From: a virus
Taxonomy: Duplodnaviria; Caudoviricetes
Length of the DNA: 38,727 nucleotides
Virus record (IMG/VR): IMGVR_UViG_3300044505_000030
Span: 1 to 38,727 of that record
Reading direction: 5' to 3' (one strand)
Part shown: positions 17,018 through 27,569 of the stretch, piece by piece
Numbering within the stretch: position 1 is the first letter of the stretch
Layout: every line of letters starts with the position of its first letter
Program-made: the position numbers and the translations under genes
The notes under the pieces: model-generated
The model's database searches: none
Told to the model about the DNA's origin: nothing
What the model saw: only the letters and a program-made list of their open reading frames with translations

Positions 17018-18229
17018 GTGGCTACCAATACCTTTAAAACACTAACCGACGGTGACATCACCCGGGAAGCCCTCCGAATCCTGAAGAATGCCAACGGCAT
17101 GCTTCGCAAGGTGAATCGTCAGTACGACGATCGCTTTGCGCAGACGGGGGCGAAGAACGGCGGCAACCTGCTCATCCGGCTGCCGAACCGCTACAGCGTG
17201 ACCACTGGCCGCACCGCTACGGCAGGCGGCGATAACACGGTGGAAACGAGCACCACGCTCACAGTGGCGACGCAGAAGCACGTCAGCATGGGCTTCTTCT
17301 CTTCGGAGTTGACGCTCTCGCTGGATGACTTCTCCAGCCGCTACCTGAAGCCAGCGATGTCGGTGCTTGCATCGACGATCAGCAGCGACACCTGCGTGTC
17401 TTGCCAGGGCGCGTTCACGAACTACGTTGGCACCCCGGGCACGACGCCGAGTTCGTTCCTGACGTACAGCCAGGCGGGCGAGCGGCTGGACTGGCAGACG
17501 GCGCCGCGCGATGGGAATCGCGCCGTGGTGCTGAACCCGACTGCGATGGCCGCCACGGTCGATGCGCAGAAGGGCTTGTTCCATAGCGGGCCGCGGATCG
17601 CCGATCAGTACGAGTCGGGCGTGATGGAAGCCATGACGGGTTTCGACTTCGTCATGGATCAGAGCATCAACACGCTGACGGCCGGCGCGCGCAACACCGC
17701 GTACCTGACGAACGGCGCGCCCCCGATCACCTCGGGCACGGCCGTGCTGGCGGTGGACACGGGCGCGAACGCAATGGTGGTGGGGGATCAATTCACCATT
17801 GCCAACGTGTTCGAGGTGAACCCGGACACCAAGCAGAGCACGGGTCAGCTGAAGGTGTTCACGGTCGCCGCGGCCTTCGCTGGTGGTGCGGGCAACGTCA
17901 CGTTGTCGCAGCCGATCTACACGACCGGCCCCTACCAGAACGTGAACAGCGTTCCGGCGGACAACGCGGCCATTACCTTCGTCGGCACGGCATCGACGGC
18001 CTACGCTCGCAACCTCGCCTTCCACAGGGACGCGGTTGTGCTGGCTACGGCTGACCTCGAATTGCCTGGCGGCGTAGACATGGCCTACCGTGCCAACATG
18101 GACGGCCTGAGCCTGCGTTTCGTGCGGCAGTACGATGCGACGACGGACAACTTCCTCGCGCGCTTCGATATTCTGTACGGCATCAAGGTCGTCCGTCCCG
18201 AGTGGGGCGTTGTGGTCTACGGTGCGTAA
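17018..18229 (+). CDS. Major capsid protein, P22 coat (gp5)-like
   Basis: ITREALRILKN...VNRQYDD, NLAFHRDA, RFDILYG. Confidence 0.92.
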   Translation: MATNTFKTLTDGDITREALRILKNANGMLRKVNRQYDDRFAQTGAKNGGNLLIRLPNRYSVTTGRTATAGGDNTVETSTTLTVATQKHVSMGFFSSELTLSLDDFSSRYLKPAMSVLASTISSDTCVSCQGAFTNYVGTPGTTPSSFLTYSQAGERLDWQTAPRDGNRAVVLNPTAMAATVDAQKGLFHSGPRIADQYESGVMEAMTGFDFVMDQSINTLTAGARNTAYLTNGAPPITSGTAVLAVDTGANAMVVGDQFTIANVFEVNPDTKQSTGQLKVFTVAAAFAGGAGNVTLSQPIYTTGPYQNVNSVPADNAAITFVGTASTAYARNLAFHRDAVVLATADLELPGGVDMAYRANMDGLSLRFVRQYDATTDNFLARFDILYGIKVVRPEWGVVVYGA

Positions 18230-18274
18230 TCATGAGTGGGGCTTCGGCCCCGCTCTCCTAACCAAGGAGTAAGC

Positions 18275-18598
18275 ATGAGCACCATGATTCCTTACGGCAA
18301 CGTCCAGCGGATGTTCGCCGTGTCGGTCACGTTCGACCCGGCATCGGTGGCAACCGCAACGACGGCCGAGCAGACCACGACCATCCAGGGGCTGCAGGTG
18401 GGCGATTTCGTCATCGCCCAGAAGCCGACGAACACCGCGGGGGTGGGGGTTGTGAATTGCCGCGTGTCGGCAGCGAACACCCTCGCCATCACGTTCGTGA
18501 ACCCTACGGCCGGCGGCGTCGATGCGGCGTCCGAGACGTGGCGTTTTCTCGTGATCCGTCCCGAGGTGAACACGCTCGGCACGTTTGTCTCTCCGTAA
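18275..18598 (+). CDS. Putative capsid decoration protein
   Basis: After coat; AAGGAG RBS; GLQVGDFV...VSAANTLAITFVN. Confidence 0.6.
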   Translation: MSTMIPYGNVQRMFAVSVTFDPASVATATTAEQTTTIQGLQVGDFVIAQKPTNTAGVGVVNCRVSAANTLAITFVNPTAGGVDAASETWRFLVIRPEVNTLGTFVSP

Positions 18599-18605
18599 AC
18601 CGGAA

Positions 18606-18627
18606 CGGCCCGGGGAAACCCGGGCCG
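18606..18627 (+). terminator. GC hairpin after coat/decoration genes (no strong U tract)
   Basis: CGGCCCGGG-GAAA-CCCGGGCCG. Confidence 0.5.
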
Positions 18628-18633
18628 CATCGC

Positions 18634-18915
18634 ATGGAACGAATCCTGGCTTCCCCATCGATGACCGCGAGCGGGCTTGTCGGCGGGGCTTCTTCGTCTT
18701 CGGTGTACTACGGGTACAACGTGACGGTGGCGACCGCTGTTGGCGTGATCAACATCCGCAAGGGGTCGGTCACGGGTCAAATCATTGACGTGATCCCGAG
18801 CGGCACGACGGCAGGGACAACGAAGGGCACGCCGCATGGCTTGCAAATGGAGGGCGGCATCTTCGTCGAGTTCAACGGCGGCGCCACCGGTACGCTGGTG
18901 ATCCGGTACGAATGA
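18634..18915 (+). CDS. Small structural protein
   Basis: G/T/V-rich; ATGA overlap with next gene. Confidence 0.6.
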   Translation: MERILASPSMTASGLVGGASSSSVYYGYNVTVATAVGVINIRKGSVTGQIIDVIPSGTTAGTTKGTPHGLQMEGGIFVEFNGGATGTLVIRYE

Positions 18916-19607
18916 CCACTGCGAACGAGATCATCCGCGAGGCCATGCAGGCCTTGGGCGTGCTCAACGCCGGGGAGACCGCATCCTATGAGGACGCGGA
19001 GGACTGCCGGCTGGTCTTGAACACGCTCATCGATGCGTGGAACCTGCCCGGGCTGACTCAATACACCACGCAGGACGGTACCGCCACGCTCGCGGGCGGG
19101 TCTAGTTCCCTGACGATCGGCCCGGCGATGAACATCGCGGTGACGCGTCCGGGCCGGATCGAACAGGGTTCATATGTACGGTATGGCGGCATCGACTACG
19201 CCATGGAAGGCCTGAGCGAGCCCGAATACAACGCCATCAGCCTCAAGACGCTGGGCGGGTTCGTTCCTCGGTACTTCTTCTATGACGTGGGGCTTCTAAC
19301 CGGGGTGATCTATTACTTCCCGGTGCCGACCGCATCTGTGGTGGTTCATCATCCAGTGGCGACGCAGTTTAGTGCCTTCGCTGACCTGACCACGAGCTAC
19401 AACTTCCCGCAGGGCTACAAGCGGGCGATGGTGTTCAACCTCGCCAAAGAGGTTGCGCCGCACTTCCAGCAAGCGGCAAGCCCTGACATCATGATGAAGG
19501 CGAGCACCTCGCTGCGCGCGATCAAGATCGGGAACTACTCGGTACCGCAGTTAGAGATTGCCGAGCCGGTGGCCGGTGGGTTAGAGGCGTTCTACGGCGG
19601 GTATTAA
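18912..19607 (+). CDS. Head-tail adaptor (P22 gp4-like)
   Basis: TANEIIREAMQALGVL...LNTLIDAW; synteny. Confidence 0.75.
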   Translation: MTTANEIIREAMQALGVLNAGETASYEDAEDCRLVLNTLIDAWNLPGLTQYTTQDGTATLAGGSSSLTIGPAMNIAVTRPGRIEQGSYVRYGGIDYAMEGLSEPEYNAISLKTLGGFVPRYFFYDVGLLTGVIYYFPVPTASVVVHHPVATQFSAFADLTTSYNFPQGYKRAMVFNLAKEVAPHFQQAASPDIMMKASTSLRAIKIGNYSVPQLEIAEPVAGGLEAFYGGY

Positions 19608-21002
19608 ATGGAATTCCCGTTCGTCGGCCCCGCGTATGAATCAAGGAGCCCGAACGCTTCGGCGCAGCGCTGCATCAACCTCTACCTCGAGCAAGGCGGC
19701 AAGCGCCCCTGGACCCTGATCGGGACGCCGGGACTTACCTCCCCGGTGTTCACGCTCGCGGGCGGATGGGTTCGCGGGGCGTTGAGGCTGAACGAGGGGC
19801 AATCGGTATGGGTTGGCGGGGATAAGGTTTACCTCGTTGACAGCAGCTACTCGGCGACGCAGATCGGCACCATCACCGACGATGCCGAGCCGGTGACGAT
19901 GGCCTACAACGGGACCACGATCCTCATCAGCTCGGGCGGTAATGCCTACGCCTACACGGCGAGCGGCACCTCTGGAACCTTGGTGCAGGCCGACGTGAGC
20001 TCGGTTTCGTTCCTGGATGGATACTTCATCGCCACCGATGTGAACAGCGGGCGATTCCGCACCTCGAATCAGTACAGCACCACGTTCGATGCGCTCAATT
20101 TCGCGACCGCTGAGGGCTCACCGGATAACCTGGTCCGAGCCCTGACGAGCAACCGCGAGGTGATCCTATTCGGAATCGAGACGACCGAGGTTTGGTACAA
20201 CGCCGGGAACGCAGACTTCCCGCTGTCCCGGGTGCAGGGCGCCTACATCCAGATCGGACTTGCGGCGAAGCACTCCGCGGTGCGGTGCGGGAATACGGTT
20301 GCATGGCTCGGCGCCAACGAGGACGGGATTGCCGACGTGTGGTCGATGCAGGGGTATCAACCGCAGAAGATCAGCAACCCCGCCATCAGTTTTGCCATTT
20401 CGCAGTGGCCAACCCAGGCGGACGCTTGGGCCTTTTTCTACACGCAGGAAGGGCATGCGTTCTACGTGTTGACGAGCCCTTCCGCGAACGAAACGTGGTG
20501 TTATGACTTCGCGACCCAACAGTGGCACCAACGCGCCTACGGCGACCCTGCTACCGGCGACCTGATGCGAGCGCGAGTGAACACTCACTTGCACTTTGGG
20601 GGCCGTAATCTGGTGGGTGACTGGCAAACCGGGAACGTGTACGAATACGACCTGGACACCTACACCGACAACGGCGAGGAGATTCCGCGCGTGAGGGCGT
20701 GCCTCGCTGTGCAGGACCCGATGGGGCTGAAGCGGGGCCGGAATCACAACCTGCGCCTCGATATGGATTCTGGGGTTGGCCTGAGCAGCGGGCAGGGATC
20801 GGACCCGCAGGCGATGCTCAGATGCTCGAAGGATGGCGGGAAGACCTGGAGCAATCAGCTTTGGCGCAGCATGGGCCGGATTGGCGAATACAGTCGGCGC
20901 GTGCGATGGCTCAGGGTGGGAGGCGGGGACCGGGACGTGTACGAAGTGACGATCACCGATCCCGTGCGGGTGGCGATTACGGGGGCATACATTGAGCAGT
21001 GA
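19608..21002 (+). CDS. Tail hub / packaged-DNA stabilisation protein (P22 gp10-like)
   Basis: FATAEGSPDNL, SKDGGKTWS, GRIGEY motifs; size and synteny. Confidence 0.85.
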   Translation: MEFPFVGPAYESRSPNASAQRCINLYLEQGGKRPWTLIGTPGLTSPVFTLAGGWVRGALRLNEGQSVWVGGDKVYLVDSSYSATQIGTITDDAEPVTMAYNGTTILISSGGNAYAYTASGTSGTLVQADVSSVSFLDGYFIATDVNSGRFRTSNQYSTTFDALNFATAEGSPDNLVRALTSNREVILFGIETTEVWYNAGNADFPLSRVQGAYIQIGLAAKHSAVRCGNTVAWLGANEDGIADVWSMQGYQPQKISNPAISFAISQWPTQADAWAFFYTQEGHAFYVLTSPSANETWCYDFATQQWHQRAYGDPATGDLMRARVNTHLHFGGRNLVGDWQTGNVYEYDLDTYTDNGEEIPRVRACLAVQDPMGLKRGRNHNLRLDMDSGVGLSSGQGSDPQAMLRCSKDGGKTWSNQLWRSMGRIGEYSRRVRWLRVGGGDRDVYEVTITDPVRVAITGAYIEQ

Positions 21003-22023
21003 TGCCCTCATGGCGATGATGGGTGCGCGAGAGGATCAATCGGCCCTCGATAGGCTGCTGGGCGTGACGGGCACCATTACGCCCACGAACCCCACGGTCA
21101 GGCAGCGGGCGGCCGGCTGGGTGCAGGATGCGCTCGAAAAGATCACAGACCGTTATCGCGCTCGGAAGATCGCCGAGACGGTGCTGGGCGGCCCGAGTTC
21201 AAACCTGCCGATGCAGATGGGGCTCGCCGATCCGACCATCGTAGGTGCCCTGTTCGCCAGGCAGGAGAACCCGAATAACGGCCCAGGAATGCCTAGCGGT
21301 CTATCGCATGCTGCGACTGTTTGGCACGGCAGCCCGCACAAATTTGAGAAGTTCGACGCGAGCAAGATCGGCACGGGCGAGGGTGCGCAGGCTTACGGGC
21401 ATGGGCTGTATTTGGCGGGGTCGCCGGAAGTGGCGAAGCAGTATGCGGGCGACCTTGCCGCAGCGCGCGCCTTGCGCCCGATAGGAAATGTTGATCTGGC
21501 AACGGCCTACCAGAACATGCCGTCTGACGTTCCGCAAAGCCTGCTAGCTGCGCGCCGAGACTTCCGCGCCCTTAATGACATGGGGGAGCTTTCCCTGTCT
21601 GACAGGCGCGACTTTCTGGAGGCGGTGCGTAACAACATTGTCGGCGCTCAATCTGGCTCCCTCTACAAAGTAGACCTCCCCGACACCGCAATCGCCCGCA
21701 TGCTGGATTGGGATAAGCCGCTGAGTCAGCAGCCGGCGGCGGTGCAGCAGGCATTTGCAAAGTATGGCGCGGCGGATGGCATGACCGGTCAGCAGGCATA
21801 TAGGGCAGCGCATGAGGCGGCAATCAGGGCTGGCAGGGCGCTGCCGGCCGCCGAGAAGGAACGGCAGATGGTGGATCAGTTGCGCAAATCCGGCATCCCT
21901 GGCATCCGCTACCTAGACCAAGGCAGCCGCGGCGCAGGGGCAGGGACGAGCAACTACGTAGTGTTCCCGGGCGAGGAAAGCCTGCTGAAGATTCTGGAGC
22001 GCAACGGCGTGCCGATCAAATGA
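20992..22023 (+). CDS. Protein with putative ADP-ribosyltransferase-like (polyvalent-protein type) domain
   Basis: WHGSPHKFEKFD...GTGEGAQAYGHGLYLA and GIPGIRYLD...NYVVF. Confidence 0.55.
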   Translation: MSSDALMAMMGAREDQSALDRLLGVTGTITPTNPTVRQRAAGWVQDALEKITDRYRARKIAETVLGGPSSNLPMQMGLADPTIVGALFARQENPNNGPGMPSGLSHAATVWHGSPHKFEKFDASKIGTGEGAQAYGHGLYLAGSPEVAKQYAGDLAAARALRPIGNVDLATAYQNMPSDVPQSLLAARRDFRALNDMGELSLSDRRDFLEAVRNNIVGAQSGSLYKVDLPDTAIARMLDWDKPLSQQPAAVQQAFAKYGAADGMTGQQAYRAAHEAAIRAGRALPAAEKERQMVDQLRKSGIPGIRYLDQGSRGAGAGTSNYVVFPGEESLLKILERNGVPIK

Positions 22024-22643
22024 GCAATGAACTCGCCTTCCCCCATATCAGCACGGTGCTGATCGGCCCCGATGGGCGGATGACCCGCGAGGGCCATCGG
22101 TTCTTCCTGCGTCTGTGGGAGCGCACCGGGGCCGGATCGGGGAACACCGATGTAAGCACGCTCGGCGGCGGCGTGGGGGCCTCTGGCACCACATTTTGGC
22201 GCGGGGATGGAACATGGGCGACGCCGGCCTATCCCGTGGGCGCAAACCCGACCGGGAGCGCCGGGCTTACGGCGGTGAACGGCAGCGCATCGACGTTCAT
22301 GCGCAGCGATGGGGCACCGGCAATCAGTTTAGGGATCGTGCCGACATGGACGGGAGCACACACCTTTACCGCGGCCACGACGATGACGAGTCTGGCGATG
22401 AGCGCGGCCCTGACCGGGGTTACGAGCATCACCATGAGCGGCGCCCTAAGCGGCGCCACGTCAATCTCAACAAGCGGCGGCATCACGACGGGTTCGACGA
22501 CCCTGCACACGACGAGCGTGGCCCTCACGAACGGCGCAGCGGCGGCGGCGGGGACTCTCGGTAATGCGCCCGCCGCCGGAAACCCGACCAAGTGGGTGCC
22601 GATCAATGACAACGGGACGACCCGCTATATTCCCGCATGGTGA
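22020..22643 (+). CDS. Tail-associated protein (needle/fibre-like)
   Basis: TTFWRGDGTWATP, T/S/G-rich, ends YIPAW. Confidence 0.6.
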   Translation: MSNELAFPHISTVLIGPDGRMTREGHRFFLRLWERTGAGSGNTDVSTLGGGVGASGTTFWRGDGTWATPAYPVGANPTGSAGLTAVNGSASTFMRSDGAPAISLGIVPTWTGAHTFTAATTMTSLAMSAALTGVTSITMSGALSGATSISTSGGITTGSTTLHTTSVALTNGAAAAAGTLGNAPAAGNPTKWVPINDNGTTRYIPAW

Positions 22644-22646
22644 CCT

Positions 22647-23945
22647 ATGCCGACGTATTACGACTCGAACGGTAACCCGCTGCCGATGACGGTGCCGCAG
22701 GGCTGGTATGGCCCCAATTCGGACTGGTACCGTCAGCGCATGGCCGCCATCTTGGCCGCGCAACAGCGAGGCGACAACGTGGGCGGTCCGGCTGATCCAG
22801 TCCAGCAGTTTCAGGCCGGGGTCAATCCGATTTACTCCGGGTCATACGATCAGAACGGCAATCCGACTCAGGTATCCGGGAGTTCCATTCCGGCGGAGTT
22901 TGCGCAGCGCGGGGCGGTGTCGTGGGTCATGGACCCGAACAGCGGCTCGATGCTATGGGTTGATGCCCAGGGACGACCGGTAGGCGAAGGTCACAGTCAG
23001 CAGGACCGCGGATTCTGGAACGCCGGGCTTCTTGCCGCTGGCGTCGCTGGTGGCGCTGCTGCTGGCGCGGGCGGGGCCGGTAGCGCTGCTGGTGGCGAAG
23101 CGGCTGGCGGAGCCGCGGCCGGTTCGGCTGGGGCCGGAACAGTTGCCGGGTATGGTGCCGACTTTGGGGCAGCGTATGGCAGCGGTGCTGCCGGGGGCGC
23201 CGCTACTGCCGCTACTGGAGGTGCCGCTGCTGGCGGTGGCGCCGCAGCAGGTGGTGGCACTGCTGGCGGGGGTTATGGCTGGATGGCTGGCCTTGCCTCG
23301 GATGCGCTCCGGGCCGATGCGGCGCGCCGCGCTGCTGCTGGGCAGACGCAGGCCGCGAACGATGCGACGGCGCTGCAACGCGACATCTTTAACACGATCA
23401 ACACCCAGCAGGAGCCATGGCGGATCGCCGGGGCGTCGGCCTTAGGTGATCTTGCGGGCCTGAGGAACTATGACCCGACCCCGAACGCTGCGGCAGTGAT
23501 GGCCGAGCCGGGGTATGAGTTCGGGCGCACCGAGGGCATGCGGGGGATCGAGAACAGCGCGGCCGCTCGCGGGATGGGCCTATCGGGGGCTGCGCTGCGT
23601 GCTGCCTCGCGGTTCAATACCGATTACGCATCGACCCGCTACAACGATGCATGGAACCGAGCGCAAGGCGGGTTCAGCAATCGGTGGGGCCGCCTGGCCC
23701 AGCTCGCGGGGATCGGTCAGACGGCAAACCAGATGACGAACCAAGCGGGGATGAACTTCGCGAACCGCGCGGGCGACAACATGATGGGAGCGGCGAACGC
23801 GAACGCGGCGTCAACCATGATCCGTGGGAACCTATACGGCGACTCCATAAATCGGTTGGGTTGGTATGGATTCGGTGGCAATAGCGCCAGCAACAATGCC
23901 GGTCGCGGTGTGCCGCGCGATGAGTCTGGAAATGGGTGGTACTAA
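22647..23945 (+). CDS. DNA ejection/pilot protein (P22 gp7-like)
   Basis: Gly/Ala tract; PGYEF...ENSAAARG...SGAALR...LAGIGQTA. Confidence 0.8.
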   Translation: MPTYYDSNGNPLPMTVPQGWYGPNSDWYRQRMAAILAAQQRGDNVGGPADPVQQFQAGVNPIYSGSYDQNGNPTQVSGSSIPAEFAQRGAVSWVMDPNSGSMLWVDAQGRPVGEGHSQQDRGFWNAGLLAAGVAGGAAAGAGGAGSAAGGEAAGGAAAGSAGAGTVAGYGADFGAAYGSGAAGGAATAATGGAAAGGGAAAGGGTAGGGYGWMAGLASDALRADAARRAAAGQTQAANDATALQRDIFNTINTQQEPWRIAGASALGDLAGLRNYDPTPNAAAVMAEPGYEFGRTEGMRGIENSAAARGMGLSGAALRAASRFNTDYASTRYNDAWNRAQGGFSNRWGRLAQLAGIGQTANQMTNQAGMNFANRAGDNMMGAANANAASTMIRGNLYGDSINRLGWYGFGGNSASNNAGRGVPRDESGNGWY

Positions 23946-25417
23946 TGATCGACGCGAGCATCTATCAGCTAGCGGGCGCCGGGAACCCCCGGTCCTATGA
24001 GGACTACGCCCTCACTGCGGAGAAGATCAAGGCCGAGCGGCAGGCGAGGCAACTCGGCGCGCTTCAGCTCATGCTCGGCCAACAGAAAGCCGACGAATAC
24101 ACGCGCGGCGTTCAGCAGCAAGCCGCGGTGCGGCAGCTCATGGGCACGCTGCCCGCGGACACGACGGATGATGCGCGCGTCCAGGCTCTTCGCGGCAAGG
24201 GCTTCTGGTCCGAAGCGGATGCACTGGAAGCATCGCGCCTGAAAGCGATGGAAGTGCGCTCGAAGGCCGGCAAGGAAGATGCCGAGGCAAAGGCAAAGCT
24301 CTATGGCCTGCACTATCAGGAGCTAGGGGCGGTAACGAACCCGCAGCAGTTCGCGCAATGGCTGGAGAGAGGCCGTACTAGGGGCATCTTCTCGATTGAT
24401 CAGGTTGCGGAAGGCATGCAGCACATGCAGACTGACGCAGTGACCCCGCAAGGCTTCGAGAAATTCCTGATGGGAGCCAAGCAAGCCGGCATGACGATGC
24501 ACGAGCAGATGCAGCAAGCGGCCGAAACCGAGAAGCAACGCCGCGAAGACGCGAACAAGCTCGTGACGGTCGGCCCGAACGGCCCGCAGCCGAACCAAGT
24601 AGCGATTAATGCGACCCGCGCGGCGGCGACGCCAGCCACTGCCTTGCAGGAATACGCCACGGTCGCGGAGCAGTACAAGGCGCAGGGCCAGCAGCCGCCG
24701 ACGTTCGAGCAATGGGACCTGGCCCGCAGGAAGGCTGGAGCGGCGAGCACGACAGTTTCGATGGGCAGCCCAACCCCGGTGCAATTCACGGGTCCGGATG
24801 GCAAACCTGTTACGGCATTCGCTCAGTTTGGCAACAGGCCCGGGGCTCCGCCACAAATTGCGGTTGTCACTGATGAAGACGTGCGGCGCGCAACCCGCCC
24901 GGGGACGAGGCCGCTCATGCCCACCAAAGAAGCGGGCGGGCTCAACGATGCCCAAGCCAAGGCGAACCTGTTCGGCACCCGTGCCCAAGAGGCTGACAAG
25001 ATCATTGGCACGCTTGCGTCGCAAGGTGTGAATCAGCCATCCTTCGCCCAGCAAGTGACCGGTGGCGAGGGCATGACCGGTGGCATTGCTACTGCGATGG
25101 CAAACCCGCAACAGCAGCAGGTGGACCAAGCGCAGCGCGACTTCATTAACGCTGTGCTGCGTCGAGAGTCTGGCGCCGTTATTAGCCCGCAGGAGTTCGC
25201 AAACGCGCGGAAACAGTACTTCGTGCAGCCCGGCGACTCCCCGCAGGTGCAGGCTCAGAAGGCGCGCAACCGGCAGATTGCGGTGGCGGGCATCTTGGCC
25301 GAGGTACCAGAAGGCAAGCGCGGCGTTAACCTGCCACCGATGCCGTCCTCGACCCCCGCACAGGCTCCTTCGTCTTCGATTCTTGACCAAGCAGACGCCA
25401 TCCTAGGGGTGAAATAA
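23945..25417 (+). CDS. DNA ejection protein (gp20-like position)
   Basis: Q/A-rich; FINAVLRRESGAVI...YFVQPGD; synteny. Confidence 0.7.
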   Translation: MIDASIYQLAGAGNPRSYEDYALTAEKIKAERQARQLGALQLMLGQQKADEYTRGVQQQAAVRQLMGTLPADTTDDARVQALRGKGFWSEADALEASRLKAMEVRSKAGKEDAEAKAKLYGLHYQELGAVTNPQQFAQWLERGRTRGIFSIDQVAEGMQHMQTDAVTPQGFEKFLMGAKQAGMTMHEQMQQAAETEKQRREDANKLVTVGPNGPQPNQVAINATRAAATPATALQEYATVAEQYKAQGQQPPTFEQWDLARRKAGAASTTVSMGSPTPVQFTGPDGKPVTAFAQFGNRPGAPPQIAVVTDEDVRRATRPGTRPLMPTKEAGGLNDAQAKANLFGTRAQEADKIIGTLASQGVNQPSFAQQVTGGEGMTGGIATAMANPQQQQVDQAQRDFINAVLRRESGAVISPQEFANARKQYFVQPGDSPQVQAQKARNRQIAVAGILAEVPEGKRGVNLPPMPSSTPAQAPSSSILDQADAILGVK

Positions 25418-27556
25418 ATGGCGACCGCCGAACAGTACGCGGCTTGGCTGGTCCAGAACAAGGACAAGGCCGGGACGCCTGAGTTCGAGACGGTCGCGGC
25501 TGCGTATAAGCAGGTGCGCGGCGCGCCTGCTGCTGTAGCTGTAGGCGAGGAATTGCTCAGCGTGCCGCGGCAGCTTGGGCTTACTGCTCGCTATGCCGCA
25601 AAGGGGGTTGCAGCACTTCCGGCGATGGCAGCGGATGCCGTGACCGGCCTATACAACACCGGAGCGAACCTGATTCAGGGCGAGGGGCAAGGCTATCGGT
25701 TCAAACAGCAATTGCCGGCCCTAGATGCCGCTCTTACGCGCATGGGGCTCCCTGAGCCAGCAACGCCTAATGAGCGCGTTGTGGGCGATGCTGCAACGGC
25801 TATGGCCGGGGCTGGATCGATGGCTGGCGCTGCTGGTGCGGCAGGCATCAAGGCATTGGCTGCGCGGCCTGACGTGCAGATTGCCGGGGCCGCTACTGGC
25901 GCTGCTGCTGGCGGGTCTGTACGCGAAGCCGGCGGCAACTGGTGGCAGCAGTTCCTCGCCTCGCTTGCCGGCGGTGTCGCGGGCGGCGCCCTCACGGCGA
26001 AGATTCCTGCGCCATCGGCGGCCGGCATCAAGGCCGCAGTGTCTGGCGAGGCGAACCAAGCGACGCTAGCCGAGGCTGACAAGCGCATTGCGCAAGCGCT
26101 GCAACAGAACGGCATCGACTGGGCGCAGGTTCCTGAGCGCATCAGGCAATCCATGCGAGCCGAGGCCGCGAAGGCGCTGGACTCTGGGGCAGCCGGGATC
26201 AACCCGGATGCTGCGCGGCGCTTGCTTGCGTTTCAGGCGACAGGAACCACGCCCACGGTGGGGATGCTCACGCAGAACCCGGCGACGATCACAGCCGAGC
26301 AGAACCTCGCCCGAGCTGGTGCGAACAGCACAGACCAAAGCCTGCATGGGTTGGCGGCGACAACGAACACAAACACGACCAAGCTGCTCGGTGGGCTTGA
26401 CTCGCTTGCTGGGCGTAAGGTCGGCTCGATGGACGCAGGGCAGGCAATCGTGGGCTCGCTGCAAGCGAAGATTGACGCGGCACAGGCGCGCACGTCTGCG
26501 CTGTATTCTGCGGCGCGGGACACGCAGGGCCGAAGTGCTGCGCTTGATGGGGCGGCGTTTACGAAGCAAGCGAGCGCGCTGCTGGATGAAAACCTTCTTG
26601 GCTACGCTCTTCCGGCTTCGGTACAGGCGAGGTTAAATCAGATTGCGAAGGGCGAGGTTCCGTTTACGGTTGACTATGCCGAGCAGTTGAAAACGGTCAT
26701 GGGGAACCTTGCCCGCTCCGAGGGCGGCGCAACCGCCAAGGCGCTAGGGCTTGTGCGCAAGGCACTCGATGATGCGCCATTGCAGCCTGCGCCAAAGGTC
26801 AACCCTGGCAACCTACCCGCGGTGCAGGGTACGGTGCCGCCTTCTCCTGCGGCGCTTGGGTCTGAAAGCATCGACGCTTTCAATGCGGCGCGATCTGCGC
26901 ACCGTAGCCTGATGCAGCGCATTGAGAACAACCCCGCATTGCGGGCGGTTCACGAAGGCGTTGAGCCTGACCAGTTCGTCAACAAGTTCATTATCGGCAA
27001 CGGCGCCTCGGCGAAGGATGTTCGCGCCCTTGCGGCCGAGCTTCCCACTGAGGCACGCGAGGCCACCAAGCAATACTTGGTGAATTACCTTCGTTCCAAA
27101 GCGACGAACGGCACCGAGGACATCGCGAAGTTTTCGAGTCACGCCTACGAGAAGGCTCTACAAGGCCTTGCCGACAAGCTGCCCGCGTTTTTCAGTCGCG
27201 AGGAAATCCAGCAATTGCGCTACATCGGCGAGGCCGGGCGCTACATGCAGGCCCAGCCCGCAGGGTCTGCGGTGAATAACAGCAACAGCGGGGCGCTGCT
27301 GATCGGCCGCGGGCTGGATGCGTTGCAGTCGATGACCGGGAAGCTGCCGTTCGGGTTGAATGATTCCTTGGGTGGCATGTTTCAGGGCTACCAGCAGCGG
27401 CAGGCGCTATCGCCAGCGAATGCCTTGGGGCAGATGCTGGCGCCCATCGAGCGGCAAAGCCCGTTAAAGGCGCTTGCTTTGGGATCGTCAGCCGCCGGGG
27501 TCATCACCCCCGAAGATAACGGCGAGGATAACCGCCGCAAGCAGCGAGCCAAGTAA
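25418..27556 (+). CDS. DNA ejection protein (gp16-like position)
   Basis: 712 aa, Ala-rich, GSAVNNSNSG motif; synteny. Confidence 0.7.
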   Translation: MATAEQYAAWLVQNKDKAGTPEFETVAAAYKQVRGAPAAVAVGEELLSVPRQLGLTARYAAKGVAALPAMAADAVTGLYNTGANLIQGEGQGYRFKQQLPALDAALTRMGLPEPATPNERVVGDAATAMAGAGSMAGAAGAAGIKALAARPDVQIAGAATGAAAGGSVREAGGNWWQQFLASLAGGVAGGALTAKIPAPSAAGIKAAVSGEANQATLAEADKRIAQALQQNGIDWAQVPERIRQSMRAEAAKALDSGAAGINPDAARRLLAFQATGTTPTVGMLTQNPATITAEQNLARAGANSTDQSLHGLAATTNTNTTKLLGGLDSLAGRKVGSMDAGQAIVGSLQAKIDAAQARTSALYSAARDTQGRSAALDGAAFTKQASALLDENLLGYALPASVQARLNQIAKGEVPFTVDYAEQLKTVMGNLARSEGGATAKALGLVRKALDDAPLQPAPKVNPGNLPAVQGTVPPSPAALGSESIDAFNAARSAHRSLMQRIENNPALRAVHEGVEPDQFVNKFIIGNGASAKDVRALAAELPTEAREATKQYLVNYLRSKATNGTEDIAKFSSHAYEKALQGLADKLPAFFSREEIQQLRYIGEAGRYMQAQPAGSAVNNSNSGALLIGRGLDALQSMTGKLPFGLNDSLGGMFQGYQQRQALSPANALGQMLAPIERQSPLKALALGSSAAGVITPEDNGEDNRRKQRAK

Positions 27557-27569
27557 TACAGGGTCTACC

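Noticed and set aside
23030-23280. GCN/GGN-rich tandem-repeat DNA
   Set aside because: Explained by the Gly/Ala tract of the pilot protein.
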